The notes under the pieces were generated by a model that was given only the letters and a program-made list of their open reading frames with translations, was not told the origin of the DNA and did not search any database. The position numbers and the translations under genes are program-made. Below are positions 46,296-56,936 of a stretch of DNA of 64,000 nt, piece by piece. The stretch lies in contig CAKJXZ020000014.1 of assembly GCA_918234285.1 (NCBI GenBank), positions 20,777 to 84,776 on the forward strand, in the 5' to 3' direction. Each line of letters opens with the position of its first letter. Position 1 is the first letter of the stretch. This stretch comes from Pseudomonadota bacterium. GTDB taxonomy: Bacteria; Pseudomonadota; Alphaproteobacteria; RF32; CAG-239.

Positions 46296-48788
46296 TTACA
46301 TTCCTACTACGATGTTAACGATTTTGTTTGGTACCACGATGATTTTCTTAACTGTTTTACCTTCCAATTGGCGTGCCACGTTTTCAAGCTTTAAGGCTTC
46401 GGCCTCAGCCACATCGTTGGCTGCGTCTTTGGCAATGGTAATGGTGCCGCGCATTTTGCCGTTCATCTGTACGCCGATGGTAACCACATTGTTCTCTGCC
46501 AGTTTGGCATCGCCTTCCGGCCAGCTTTCGGCAACAATCAACGTGTTATGGCCCAGGCGAGCCCACATTTCTTCAGCCAAATGCGGAGTAAACGGCGACA
46601 GTAACTTAAGCAGAGTTTCATACATGGTTGCCGGAATTTTATCTTTGTTGCCGAGATAATTTACGTAAGTCATCAAAGCTGAAACCGCCGTGTTGAACTT
46701 CATTTGCTCAATACGCTCACTTACGTCGATGATGCAACGATGCATTTCGCGCAAATCTTCGGAGTTCATCGGCGCATCTTTATCGGCATAAACTTTGCTG
46801 AACAATGAGTATACGCGGCTGACAAAGCGATATACGCCGTTTAAGCTTTCTTCCGACCACATCGCCACCTGGTCAAACGGACCAATGAACATTTCATATA
46901 AACGGAAAGTATCGGCGCCGTAGTTTTCGACAATTTCATCCGGATTGATCACGTTGCCGCGTGATTTACTCATTTTCTCGCCGTCGGCCGCCAGAATCAT
47001 ACCATGAGAAGTACGTTTGTGATACGGCTCCGGCATCGGTACATAACCGCAATCATAGAGGAATTTATGCCAAAAACGAGAGTAAAGCAGGTGAAGTGTT
47101 ACGTGCTCCATACCTCCGTTATACCAATCCACATTCATCCAATATTTTAAGGCATCCATAGAGGCAAATTCTTTGTCGTTATGCGGATCGCAATAGCGCA
47201 GGAAATACCACGAAGAACCGGCCCAGTTCGGCATTACGTCGGTTTCGCGCCGAGCATGACCGCCGCATTTAGGACAAGTGGTATTTACCCACTCGGTAGC
47301 ATTGGCCAGAGGGGAATCACCGTTATCATTCGGGCGATAATCCGGAACATTCGGCAACGTCAGCGGTAACTGATCTTCCGGAATTGGTTGCCAACCGCAG
47401 TGTTCGCAATAAACCATCGGAATCGGCTCACCCCAGTAGCGTTGACGCGAGAACACCCAATCACGCAGTTTGAAGTTGACTTTAGCGTGGCCGAAACCGT
47501 GTTCTTCGGCATATTTGATGGCGGCGGCCATGGCGTCTTTTTTATCCATGCCGTCCATAAAACCGGAGTTGATGTGTGTGCCGTCTTCTTCCCATGCTTC
47601 TTTGGAAATATCGCCGCCGGCCAACACCTGAATAATCGGCAGATTGAACACTTTGGCAAAATCATAGTCGCGTTGGTCGTGAGCCGGAACCGCCATAATC
47701 GCGCCGGTGCCGTAGCCGGTCAGTACATAATCGGAAATAAATACCGGAATAAGCGTACCGGTGTACGGATTGCGGGCCTTAATTCCCTTTAATTCAACAC
47801 CGGTCTTAGTGGTATCGGCAGTACGTTGCAGTTCGGATTTTTTGGCTGTTTCATTGACGTAATTTTGCACTTCGGAGGTATTTTCAAACTTATCCATCAA
47901 GTCTTTTACAAACTGATGCTCCGGAGCCATCACGCAATAGGTGGCGCCGAAAATCGTATCCGGACGGGTAGTGTAAACCACCATCTTTTTACCTAAATTG
48001 TTGCCGCTGTTGTCAGTGAGCTCAAATTCCAATTCGGCACCTTCGGAGCGTCCGATCCAGTTGATTTGCGTGGTTTTAATGCGGTCGAGGAAATCAACCA
48101 TATCTAAGTCGTTAATCAAACGGTCGGCATACTTGGTAATGGCGAGCATCCATTGTTCCTTGTCGCGGCGTACCACTTCAGCCCCGCAGCGCTCGCAATG
48201 GCCGTTAACCACTTCTTCGTTGGCAAGTCCGACTTTGCAGGACGGACACCAGTTAATCGCCATTTTATCCTTATAGGCTAATCCATGTTTCCAGAATTGA
48301 AGAAACATCCACTGTGTCCATTTATAGTATTCCGGATCGCAGGTGTTGAAACATCTGTCCCAATCAAACGAAAAACCGAGCGATTTAAGCTGACGGGTAA
48401 AAGTTTCGATGTTTTGTTTGGTGGAAACAGCCGGATGCACACCGGTTTTAATGGCATAGTTTTCTGCCGGCAGACCGAAGGCATCAAAGCCCATCGGATA
48501 TAAAACATTGAGGCCCTGCATACGTTTTTTGCGCGCAATTACGTCCAACGCGGTATAGGAACGCGGATGTCCGACATGCAAGCCGGCACCTGACGGATAC
48601 GGAAATTCAACCAAAGCATAGAATTTTTTCTTGTTGTGGTCGATTTCTACCTTATAAGCTTTTTCGTCTTCCCAAATTTTTTGCCATTTTTTCTCGATGG
48701 TGCGGAAGTTGTAGCGTTCTTCGTTTTGCCAAGTTTCGCGCCATTCTTCCCAAGTTTCTTTTCCGTTATATCGTGCATTTCCCGACAT
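46296..48788 (-). CDS. leuS: Leucine--tRNA ligase
   Basis: FPYPSG.GLHVGH, KMSKS, GTGAIMAVPAHD. Confidence 0.97.
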   Translation of the reverse strand: MSGNARYNGKETWEEWRETWQNEERYNFRTIEKKWQKIWEDEKAYKVEIDHNKKKFYALVEFPYPSGAGLHVGHPRSYTALDVIARKKRMQGLNVLYPMGFDAFGLPAENYAIKTGVHPAVSTKQNIETFTRQLKSLGFSFDWDRCFNTCDPEYYKWTQWMFLQFWKHGLAYKDKMAINWCPSCKVGLANEEVVNGHCERCGAEVVRRDKEQWMLAITKYADRLINDLDMVDFLDRIKTTQINWIGRSEGAELEFELTDNSGNNLGKKMVVYTTRPDTIFGATYCVMAPEHQFVKDLMDKFENTSEVQNYVNETAKKSELQRTADTTKTGVELKGIKARNPYTGTLIPVFISDYVLTGYGTGAIMAVPAHDQRDYDFAKVFNLPIIQVLAGGDISKEAWEEDGTHINSGFMDGMDKKDAMAAAIKYAEEHGFGHAKVNFKLRDWVFSRQRYWGEPIPMVYCEHCGWQPIPEDQLPLTLPNVPDYRPNDNGDSPLANATEWVNTTCPKCGGHARRETDVMPNWAGSSWYFLRYCDPHNDKEFASMDALKYWMNVDWYNGGMEHVTLHLLYSRFWHKFLYDCGYVPMPEPYHKRTSHGMILAADGEKMSKSRGNVINPDEIVENYGADTFRLYEMFIGPFDQVAMWSEESLNGVYRFVSRVYSLFSKVYADKDAPMNSEDLREMHRCIIDVSERIEQMKFNTAVSALMTYVNYLGNKDKIPATMYETLLKLLSPFTPHLAEEMWARLGHNTLIVAESWPEGDAKLAENNVVTIGVQMNGKMRGTITIAKDAANDVAEAEALKLENVARQLEGKTVKKIIVVPNKIVNIVVGM

Positions 48789-48953
48789 TGATTTTTCCTT
48801 TTATTAAGATACGTTATAAAACATTACGGCGAAAATAGCACAATATTTGGTAAATTTCAATGCTTAACCGCATTATACACAAAGCAAAAAAACGAGTTTT
48901 TTTAACGAAAAAATAACGCTTGTGCAATAAGATAGCCTATAAAGGGGACAACG

Positions 48954-50108
48954 ATGAACGATAAGGCTTTTTTACGATACGCTCTGGAACAGTCTTTTCT
49001 CCGTCCGCAAAATGACGCGGCGGAATGTGTCGATTTGCAATATAATATCAAAAATTCAAACGGTTATATGCTGGTTGATAAACGGCATGCAGAAATTGTG
49101 CCGTACCTGTTGCCGAGAGCAGCGGTTAAAAAATGCGTTAAAGCGGTGGCCCACGATATCAGCCGCAACGTGCGTTTATTTGCAGAATACGAGCGCTATA
49201 AACACGATTTGGCGGAAAACATAATTATTCCAGAAAATGTGCCGGAAATAGGGCGTGCCCGCAAGGTGCTGGATTTGGTTACGGTCAATCGGCAATCGGC
49301 GCAAAAAAAGAAAATCGCCGCGACTTTGATTCCGGCGACATTTGCCCTGAAAATGAAGGAAATTCATCGGGTTTACGGCGAGATCTGGCTGCAATCGGAA
49401 GCAGAATTGAAGAAAAATCCCGAAGCCGTCGATTTGTCGCTGATTAAGGATTTTGCGCAGACGTACGGCGCGGCCATGCGGCGTTTCGGGCTGGCTCATC
49501 CGCTGTATCGACTGAACAAAAAGCGTATGAAATACTATTTGAATGAGGCGGCGCAAATTTTGAAATCACGTCATCCTTTGGCTGATGATTTTTGTATAAC
49601 TCATTGTTTTTATGAAATGAAACTGTTTGGAAATAAGGTTTCCAAAACTTGTGCCAATATGTTGTGCAATATGGTGGCGCAGTTGCAGCGCATGGCGCAT
49701 CAACCGCAGTTGCTGACTTTAGTGCAGATTTTGTTGGCCGATAATCGCAAATTTGCCAAGGCTTTGCAGGATTATGCCGCCGAGCACAAAGTATCTGATT
49801 CGGCGCGGGTTGATACCATTCGGCATGATGTGCAGAAGTTATTCAAAAAATACGCGTTGTTGTGCTATTTGGACAGTGCGCGCTTTGCTTTTGAAAACAA
49901 GTTTTTGAACGAGTGTCCGGAGCCGCGGCATCCGCCGTTGCCGACGGTATCGCCGACCGACGAGTTGCGGATGGTTTCGCAAATTGTGGAAGAAAGCTAC
50001 AAAATAAGTATTGCCGACGGCAAAATCTGTAAAATCTATAACGACGCCTTGGCTGCTTATGAACACGACCTGACGGCTTTGCAAAAAATTTTGGATTGCA
50101 AAGCATAA
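48954..50108 (+). CDS. Hypothetical protein
   Basis: 384-aa ORF with SD; no motif recognised. Confidence 0.7.
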   Translation: MNDKAFLRYALEQSFLRPQNDAAECVDLQYNIKNSNGYMLVDKRHAEIVPYLLPRAAVKKCVKAVAHDISRNVRLFAEYERYKHDLAENIIIPENVPEIGRARKVLDLVTVNRQSAQKKKIAATLIPATFALKMKEIHRVYGEIWLQSEAELKKNPEAVDLSLIKDFAQTYGAAMRRFGLAHPLYRLNKKRMKYYLNEAAQILKSRHPLADDFCITHCFYEMKLFGNKVSKTCANMLCNMVAQLQRMAHQPQLLTLVQILLADNRKFAKALQDYAAEHKVSDSARVDTIRHDVQKLFKKYALLCYLDSARFAFENKFLNECPEPRHPPLPTVSPTDELRMVSQIVEESYKISIADGKICKIYNDALAAYEHDLTALQKILDCKA

Positions 50109-50130
50109 TTTTTTTCATCAGAGCAGGGGA

Positions 50131-52821
50131 TTAGCCCATCGAATTGCCGCCCTTTTGCATGGCAACCAGAGTATTCAGGCTCAGAGTATTGTCCTGAGTA
50201 CCGAGTTCTCTTTCCTGTTCGTTCCCTTTTCCTTTTACGGTTTTCGGAGGTGCATAGGCTATGGTGCCGCTTCTTTCGTTGATATCTTTCTGCAACACAG
50301 TCAGACTTACTTTGTCTTGATCCAGATTCGGTGCCTGCTGCAAGTCTTTCATAAACTGATTGGCTTGGTCCTGCGTCATCGGTTGATCATTGACCGTAAA
50401 GTGCATAACACGTCCGCCGTTTTCAAACGTTACGGTACGTACCTCGTTGCCTTTGGTAATTTTGAAACCGTTTTGTGTGGCTTCGGCATATTCGGTTTCG
50501 GCACTCGGCGTATCTTTTGTCTGTCCGGTTGCAGTTTTACCTTCTTTTCCGGCCTTACCATCCTTGCCTTCCTTAGCTTCTTTACCTTCCTTGCCTTCCT
50601 TAGCCTCTTTTCCGGTCTTACCTTCTTTACCTTCCTTGGCTTCTTTTCCGGCCTTACCGTCTTTACCCTCGTCTTCTTTCTTCAGGCCCTGTTCTTTCAT
50701 CAGCTTATCCAGTTCTTCCTGTAAGGCTTTGGCTTTTTCGTCATTACCCTTACTCTTGGCCTTTTCGATTTTCTTCTCCAACTTTTTAATTTGTTTGGCG
50801 GCCTTTTCCTGGTCTTTAATCATTTGCTCTTTGAGCTTTTCTTCTTTTTCCACGGTATTGATTACGTCGAGGTTATACTTGGCCTGACCGGTTGTTTCTC
50901 CGCTCTTTACGGCCTTTTCATAGCCTTCTTTGGCCTTTTTGAATTTTTTCGGGTCGTTTTTATACAACTCGTGATATGTTTTCATATCTTCATCGTGTTT
51001 CTGCGCCTCAGCCGAACCTTTAAGATAGCCGTAATTGTCGAGTTCTATCGGCTTTATCTTCAGCGGGTCGGCATTTTCCTTGGTCAAGGCCACACCTTCA
51101 ACCGTCGGAATTTCTACACCGGCCTTGAGTCTTTCCATTTTCTCGGAATGCTCAATTTGTTGAATTGCCGTCTGAGCATCTTGGGTAAATGCTTGCAGAC
51201 CTTCCTGACTGTCGGTATATCCGGACTGTTTCATCATCTGGAGCACCAGTTGCATAAGAGCATCCTCAAGGTTTCCTCCGTTGGCGAGCTGGCTGATTGC
51301 CGATGTAAAGTCACCGTATTGTTCCGGATTGTTGGCTTTCATGTCAGCCAGACCGTCCTGCAGTTTTTCCTGCGGGCTTTTTTCCGATGCGAGTTCTTCC
51401 GGCGACAACGCTTTACTGGCGTATTCTTTGGCTTGTTCCGGTGACAGGTTGGCTAAATATTCAACCGCTTCGCGTGAATAGGTTTGTTTTCTGCTGGTGA
51501 TTGATCCGTTAGCATGGTCATTAACATCATTCGGCGCCATTAAGGCCTCATTGAGCAGTGTTGAAGCATTTTCGCCGTAAAGATTATACATTTTTTGTGC
51601 TGTTTCTTGCGGGTCAACATACTTCGATGAACCTTCTTCGGCATTATTAACCGTGTTCATATACTTAATCTTCTTAGCCATTTTGGCAATATCCGGACTG
51701 ACTGCTTCCGCCTCATGACTTTCTACCGTCGGGGTAGCAGGTGCCTCATGTTCTGCTGCAGGTGCTGCTTTTACTTCCGGCTCGGCAACAACGTTATTGG
51801 CCGGAGTAGGGGCAGTAGGTGCTTCGCGCGGAGTAGATTTAAATTCGCCATTGCTGATATCAACCGTACCGCGCTCAATTTTAACTCCCTTAATACCGGC
51901 AAATGCCTGCTCGGCATCGCTCATTGCTTTATCCATAGCTTTTTCGGCCGTAGTAGGAGCGGCGGCAGGTGCTTCGCGCGGAGTAAATTTGAATTCGCCG
52001 TTGCTGATATCAACCGTTCCGCGTTCGAGTTTAACTCCCTTAATACCGGCAAATGCTTGTTCGGCATCATTCATTGCTTTATCCATTTTGGCTCTGGCAA
52101 CTGCAGCGTTTGCCGGCGGATTAAGGGTAATGGTGATCTCGTCGTCTAAATCAACCGTTACACCTTCGGATTGCAGATTCTCTTTTATTTTGTCAGCGGC
52201 TGTTTGTAGTCCGGAGAAAGTATCAGAATTAGGAGTTTTTGTATCGTCGTCTAAATCAACCGTTATACCTCCGGATTGCAGATTCTCTTTTATCTTGTCA
52301 GCGGCTGTTTGTAGTCCGGAGAAAGTATCAGAATTAGGAGTTTTTGTATCGCCGTTTAAATCAATCGTTTCGCCGGCATTCAAATCGACATTATCCATTA
52401 TACGTTGTCCGGCCTGCTGTAATGCGGAGAAAGTAGCACCGTCATTTTCCATCGCGGCAACATTTTCCGGCGACATGTCAATTTCGTCAGTTGGCAGAGG
52501 TACTTCGTTCATTTCTACGGTTTGTGTTTGGGGTTGCAGTTGTTTAAATTCCGCACTTTTATCTCTGTGGATGCTTTCAAGCACCATCATATATTGTTCG
52601 GCCGCTTTTATTTCGCCGGGAGTGGAATCGCTGTTTTCAAGCTGTTGTTGGTAGTGGGTGTAAATCTTTACAAAGTTATGGGATTGTTTGGCAAATTCGC
52701 TAACATCGCATAAACTCAACGATTTAATATAATCTTCAGCGGATGCCTCACCCGCCTCGTATTTTTCAAATACCGTTTGCGGATTATCTTCCCATACCGC
52801 TTTTTCTGTATCTTCAGCCAT
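50131..52821 (-). CDS. Large low-complexity protein with internal duplications
   Basis: 896 aa; 105-bp and 150-bp period duplications and GKEAKE/GKDGKA repeats. Confidence 0.8.
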   Translation of the reverse strand: MAEDTEKAVWEDNPQTVFEKYEAGEASAEDYIKSLSLCDVSEFAKQSHNFVKIYTHYQQQLENSDSTPGEIKAAEQYMMVLESIHRDKSAEFKQLQPQTQTVEMNEVPLPTDEIDMSPENVAAMENDGATFSALQQAGQRIMDNVDLNAGETIDLNGDTKTPNSDTFSGLQTAADKIKENLQSGGITVDLDDDTKTPNSDTFSGLQTAADKIKENLQSEGVTVDLDDEITITLNPPANAAVARAKMDKAMNDAEQAFAGIKGVKLERGTVDISNGEFKFTPREAPAAAPTTAEKAMDKAMSDAEQAFAGIKGVKIERGTVDISNGEFKSTPREAPTAPTPANNVVAEPEVKAAPAAEHEAPATPTVESHEAEAVSPDIAKMAKKIKYMNTVNNAEEGSSKYVDPQETAQKMYNLYGENASTLLNEALMAPNDVNDHANGSITSRKQTYSREAVEYLANLSPEQAKEYASKALSPEELASEKSPQEKLQDGLADMKANNPEQYGDFTSAISQLANGGNLEDALMQLVLQMMKQSGYTDSQEGLQAFTQDAQTAIQQIEHSEKMERLKAGVEIPTVEGVALTKENADPLKIKPIELDNYGYLKGSAEAQKHDEDMKTYHELYKNDPKKFKKAKEGYEKAVKSGETTGQAKYNLDVINTVEKEEKLKEQMIKDQEKAAKQIKKLEKKIEKAKSKGNDEKAKALQEELDKLMKEQGLKKEDEGKDGKAGKEAKEGKEGKTGKEAKEGKEGKEAKEGKDGKAGKEGKTATGQTKDTPSAETEYAEATQNGFKITKGNEVRTVTFENGGRVMHFTVNDQPMTQDQANQFMKDLQQAPNLDQDKVSLTVLQKDINERSGTIAYAPPKTVKGKGNEQERELGTQDNTLSLNTLVAMQKGGNSMG

Positions 52822-52958
52822 CTTTTTTCTCCAAACGCTTACTGAATAATCATACAGCCATTGTACACTGATTTTGCAATTTCGTCAAGTTTTTTTGCGA
52901 GTGCCGTTTATAGTGTATTTTGGAGTAAAAAACAATAAAATAAAATGCGTGAATGCCG

Positions 52959-53573
52959 CTATTTTTCTGCATTTACGGTGGTCGGCTCACTGTGTCCGGA
53001 ATACAAAATTGTGTGGTTAGGAAATGTGAATATTTTGTTACAAATGCTAAAAATCAGTTGATTGTAATCGCCGCCCGGGATGTCAGTGCGACCGATGCCG
53101 TTTTTAAAAATCGTATCGCCGACGAAGGCCAGTGAATTGGCGGCATCATAATACACAACACCGTCCTGCGTATGCCCCGGAGTATGAATAACTCGCAGTT
53201 TTACGGTCGGATCGGCTTCAAGCGTTATTTCGGCATTGTCGGCAAGATATTGGGCATTATTCAGTACAATATCATCACCGAAAAATGCGGAAAGATTGTA
53301 AGTCGGATTCGGTAAATATTCACGGCCGTTCTCATGGGCAAAATAGGGGATATTAAGCGTTTTGGCGATTCGTTCTACAGCGCCGATATGGTCAAAATGC
53401 CCGTGCGTGATGAGTATTTTTTCAATTGTCCAGTCATTGTCTTTAATGGTTTTGAGCAATTTTTCGGCTTCGGCACCGGGGTCAATCAAAAAACCGTGCT
53501 TGGATTTTTCATCAATGTAAAAATAAGAGTTGGTGCGGATAATGCCTTGTACCGGAACCTGTTTAACAATCAT
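52959..53573 (-). CDS. Metallo-beta-lactamase-fold hydrolase (glyoxalase II-like)
   Basis: THGHFDHIG, TPGHT, GDTIF, GRTD.PGG, SGH. Confidence 0.92.
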   Translation of the reverse strand: MIVKQVPVQGIIRTNSYFYIDEKSKHGFLIDPGAEAEKLLKTIKDNDWTIEKILITHGHFDHIGAVERIAKTLNIPYFAHENGREYLPNPTYNLSAFFGDDIVLNNAQYLADNAEITLEADPTVKLRVIHTPGHTQDGVVYYDAANSLAFVGDTIFKNGIGRTDIPGGDYNQLIFSICNKIFTFPNHTILYSGHSEPTTVNAEK

Positions 53574-53586
53574 CAGGCAGACCTTT

Positions 53587-54423
53587 CTAAAAAATCAAGT
53601 GCGTAAGCAAGCCGCCGATAACACCACAGATGTACAACGCGGCGGTTATTTGCAGATTCTCGCTTAAATGGCGGTTGACGCGGAACAGCACCAACAGACC
53701 GACACCGCCGTTGACAAGCGAGCCGCTGATTAAGGCGCCGAAGGGGATAAAATCATCCATATACAATTGAGTTAAAATAACCGATGACGAACAGTTCGGA
53801 ATAAGGCCAATTATACCGCTGATTAACTCTCCCGCCAGCGGTATCTGCATATAAGCGGTGACGGTCGAAATATCAAGATAACTTATCGAATAATTTAAAA
53901 TCAGCGTAAACACAAAGATAAAGGCGGTAATACGTAACGAATGATATAATGCCGGTTTCACGACGGAATCTTCACAGTGACAATTTTCGTTGCGGCACAG
54001 TTCTTCAATGTTAATTTCTCGGTATTTGTAATATTTGTGCCAGATAAAACCGACGGCATAACCGAAGACAATGCCGCAAGCCGTTTTATACAGCAAAATT
54101 TTGGTAATAACCAGCGGCGGAACGGCGGCCGAGAGCATAATCGGCAACATCTCATCGGAGGTAGAAAGAAAAATCGCCAGCAAAGTACCGATACCGATAA
54201 GTCGCGCGGCAAAAAAGTTGGCGGCCGCCACTGAAAAACCGCACTGCGGAAGCGCTCCGCACAAGCTGCCGATAAGCGGTCCGCTCCAGCCGGCTTTTTT
54301 GATTATTTCCGCGGTTTTGTCCGAAGTTTTATGCTCCATGTATTCTAAGCACAAATAGGTAACAAACAAAAACGGAAACAATTTTAAGTTATCAATCAGT
54401 GTGTCGATAAGTATGTCCATCAT
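53587..54423 (-). CDS. Putative manganese/heavy-metal transporter
   Basis: Repeated GALPQCG / GLIPNCS motifs, STSDE, multiple TMs; promoter TTGACA-16-TATAAT at 54477-54450 favours ATG 54423. Confidence 0.75.
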   Translation of the reverse strand: MMDILIDTLIDNLKLFPFLFVTYLCLEYMEHKTSDKTAEIIKKAGWSGPLIGSLCGALPQCGFSVAAANFFAARLIGIGTLLAIFLSTSDEMLPIMLSAAVPPLVITKILLYKTACGIVFGYAVGFIWHKYYKYREINIEELCRNENCHCEDSVVKPALYHSLRITAFIFVFTLILNYSISYLDISTVTAYMQIPLAGELISGIIGLIPNCSSSVILTQLYMDDFIPFGALISGSLVNGGVGLLVLFRVNRHLSENLQITAALYICGVIGGLLTHLIF

Positions 54424-54529
54424 CGCCTCAAAATTTATGATTTTCACGCATTATAACGATACATACGGCAATGTCAACACATAAAAAACGCCGCCAATAA
54501 TGACGGCGCTTAAGTGCGTGAAAATATAG

Positions 54530-55387
54530 CTATTTACCTTTGATGTGTGCGCTCAGCACTTTTAATACTTTTACCAGTTCCGGCTTCATTTGCGAGCGTT
54601 CAACTACCATATCGACCATGCCGTGTTCCAACAGATATTCGGCACGTTGAAAGCCCTCCGGTAATTTTTCGTGAATGGTCTGTTCAATCACGCGCGGGCC
54701 AGCAAAACCGATAAGACAGCCTTTTTCCGCAATATTGACATCACCGAGCATGGCAAAGGAGGCAGAAACACCGCCGGTAGTCGGGTCAGTTAATATCGAT
54801 ATATACGGAATGCCGGCTTCTTTCAGTTCATTTACGGCAGCAGTAGTGCGCGCCATTTGCATCAAAGAGAGCATACCTTCCTGCATGCGAGCACCGCCGG
54901 ATGCGGCAATGGCAATAAACGGTTCTTTGTTTTTGAGGGCAATATGCGCCGCGGCAATAAAGCCTTCGCCTACGGCCAGCCCCATGGAGCCGCCCATAAA
55001 CGAAAAATCAACTGCCGCCACCACGCAACTAATACCGCCGATTTTGCCGCGAGCCACTTGAATGGCATCATCGGTACCGTTTTTTTTGCGGTTGGCCTTC
55101 AAACGGTCGGTATATTTTTGCACGTCCTTAAATTTAAGCGGATCATCGATAATCGGCGGCAAAGCCACGGTTGTGTATTTGTCGTTGTCAAACAGCAAAC
55201 GAAAGCGCTTTTCTACATATAAGCGCAAATGATGGCCGCAAGAGGTGCAGACATAGAATGACTCCTTGAGCTCTTTAGAAAAAAGCATTTGGTTGCAGTT
55301 CGGGCAACGTACCCACAGATTGTCGGCGATTTCTTTCGGAGTGGTTTTTTGTATCTTCGGACGAACAATATCCGTAAGCCAATTCAT
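54530..55387 (-). CDS. accD: Acetyl-CoA carboxylase carboxyltransferase beta
   Basis: CxxC..CxxC finger, GGSMG, SGGARMQEG, GFAGPRVIEQT. Confidence 0.97.
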   Translation of the reverse strand: MNWLTDIVRPKIQKTTPKEIADNLWVRCPNCNQMLFSKELKESFYVCTSCGHHLRLYVEKRFRLLFDNDKYTTVALPPIIDDPLKFKDVQKYTDRLKANRKKNGTDDAIQVARGKIGGISCVVAAVDFSFMGGSMGLAVGEGFIAAAHIALKNKEPFIAIAASGGARMQEGMLSLMQMARTTAAVNELKEAGIPYISILTDPTTGGVSASFAMLGDVNIAEKGCLIGFAGPRVIEQTIHEKLPEGFQRAEYLLEHGMVDMVVERSQMKPELVKVLKVLSAHIKGK

Positions 55388-55393
55388 TTTGAG

Positions 55394-55783
55394 TTATCCT
55401 TTCTTAGTCGGGGCTTTCAGACGTTTCCACCAACGGCTCGCCGGTTTTTTATCGGCATTTTCCTGCTGAACTTTGGCCTGCATACCGATAATATCCTGTT
55501 TTAAGCCGGTAACGGTTTCGTTGAGTTTGGCCTGTTCCTTATTTAAGGCACGATTGGTCTTTCTTTGTATACGCAAATCGCGGCGCAACGGAGAATAACC
55601 GAACCAAGCACTGATTCGCCCCAGAAGATAACCTAAGAGCAGAAAAACCGCCAGAACATATTGGGCTTTAAAACCTTCTTCCGGACCATACGGAAAATGT
55701 ATACCCTCAGCTTCAACACCGATAATTGCCCAGATAGCAACGGCGATTAGAGGTATTATAATCAGATAGTGAAGAAACCTCAT
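55394..55783 (-). CDS. LapA-like membrane protein
   Basis: Two TMs plus coiled coil, directly after ihfB. Confidence 0.65.
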   Translation of the reverse strand: MRFLHYLIIIPLIAVAIWAIIGVEAEGIHFPYGPEEGFKAQYVLAVFLLLGYLLGRISAWFGYSPLRRDLRIQRKTNRALNKEQAKLNETVTGLKQDIIGMQAKVQQENADKKPASRWWKRLKAPTKKG

Positions 55784-55813
55784 ATCTTCCTCCTTTGTTT
55801 AATTATATCGACC

Positions 55814-56092
55814 TTAAGGATTTAAACGTGTATGTAATTCCTTGCCGGTCTTGAAATGCACAATATTTTTGGATGGAACTTCTACTTTGGTTTTATTTTT
55901 CGGATTGATGGCAACGCGCGGTTTTCTGGTACGCACCGAAAACGCGCCGAATCCGCGGATTTCTACTCTGTCGCCGCTTGCCAATGCGGAAGTCAGTTTT
56001 TCAAAAACGACGCTGACAATGCTCTCAACATCTTTAACGGTTAAATTCGGCATTTTTGCCGCAATCTTTTCGATTAATTCTGATCTGGTCAC
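55814..56092 (-). CDS. ihfB: Integration host factor subunit beta
   Basis: MTRSELI, GDRVEIRGFGAFS, HFKTGKEL. Confidence 0.93.
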   Translation of the reverse strand: MTRSELIEKIAAKMPNLTVKDVESIVSVVFEKLTSALASGDRVEIRGFGAFSVRTRKPRVAINPKNKTKVEVPSKNIVHFKTGKELHTRLNP

Positions 56093-56174
56093 TTTATCCT
56101 CACTCGTTAGTTTAGTTTGATTCGAAATTTTTATCCATTATTACACTTTAATTTTTCAGATAGCCAGATAATTT

Positions 56175-56834
56175 TTACGATTTTACACAAACATCGGGAG
56201 CTCTTAAATAGAGGGGTTTCGGATAGTTCAGTTTTTTGGCGTTGAGTTTTTGGATGGCACAGGCGGCAATATCGGATACCGAAACATTTTTATCCATGCG
56301 AATGGCGTGTAATACAAGTCCGCTCGGCTTATCCAGAAATCTTTCGACACCGTTGCCGATGAGGGTAACGGTTTTGCCTTTTAATAAATCGATAATCTCG
56401 TTATAATCGGCGGCGGCCGGCTCGGTCAGTTTTTCCAGTTTGCCGTTGAACAGCTGAAAATAAAAGTCGTCGCGTTTGGTTTCGATAATTACGGCATTGA
56501 ATGATGACAATTCCTGCATATCAAGCGAATGAACATAAGCCTCGAAAGCAGTTACTCCGGTTACGGCAACCTGGGGTGCGGCCATGGCAAAAGCACGAGC
56601 GGCGGCAACGGAAGAACGAACTCCGGTAAAAGAGCCGGGACCGATGCACACCCCCAAAAGCCCGACTTGCGCAAATTTCAGCCGCTGTTGTTGCAGCAAA
56701 CGCTGAATTTGCGGCAACAAAGCTTCCGCCTGACCGAACTCCATTTCTTCATAATACCTGGCTATAACGGTGGTATCTTTCAAAAGTGCAATCGAGCAAC
56801 CGTTCGCCGTGGTATCAAATGCCAATGTGTACAT
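56175..56834 (-). CDS. tsaB: tRNA threonylcarbamoyladenosine biosynthesis protein TsaB
   Basis: LAFDTT, GPGSFTGVR, PKPLYLRAPD. Confidence 0.93.
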   Translation of the reverse strand: MYTLAFDTTANGCSIALLKDTTVIARYYEEMEFGQAEALLPQIQRLLQQQRLKFAQVGLLGVCIGPGSFTGVRSSVAAARAFAMAAPQVAVTGVTAFEAYVHSLDMQELSSFNAVIIETKRDDFYFQLFNGKLEKLTEPAAADYNEIIDLLKGKTVTLIGNGVERFLDKPSGLVLHAIRMDKNVSVSDIAACAIQKLNAKKLNYPKPLYLRAPDVCVKS

Positions 56835-56936
56835 CCTTTTTTTTGCCTTTAAAAATTAGATTTATTTGATAAAATTGTTGCTAATTGATTTATATAATAT
56901 AAAATCATTTTAAGAGCAAACGTTTTTTTTAAAGAT

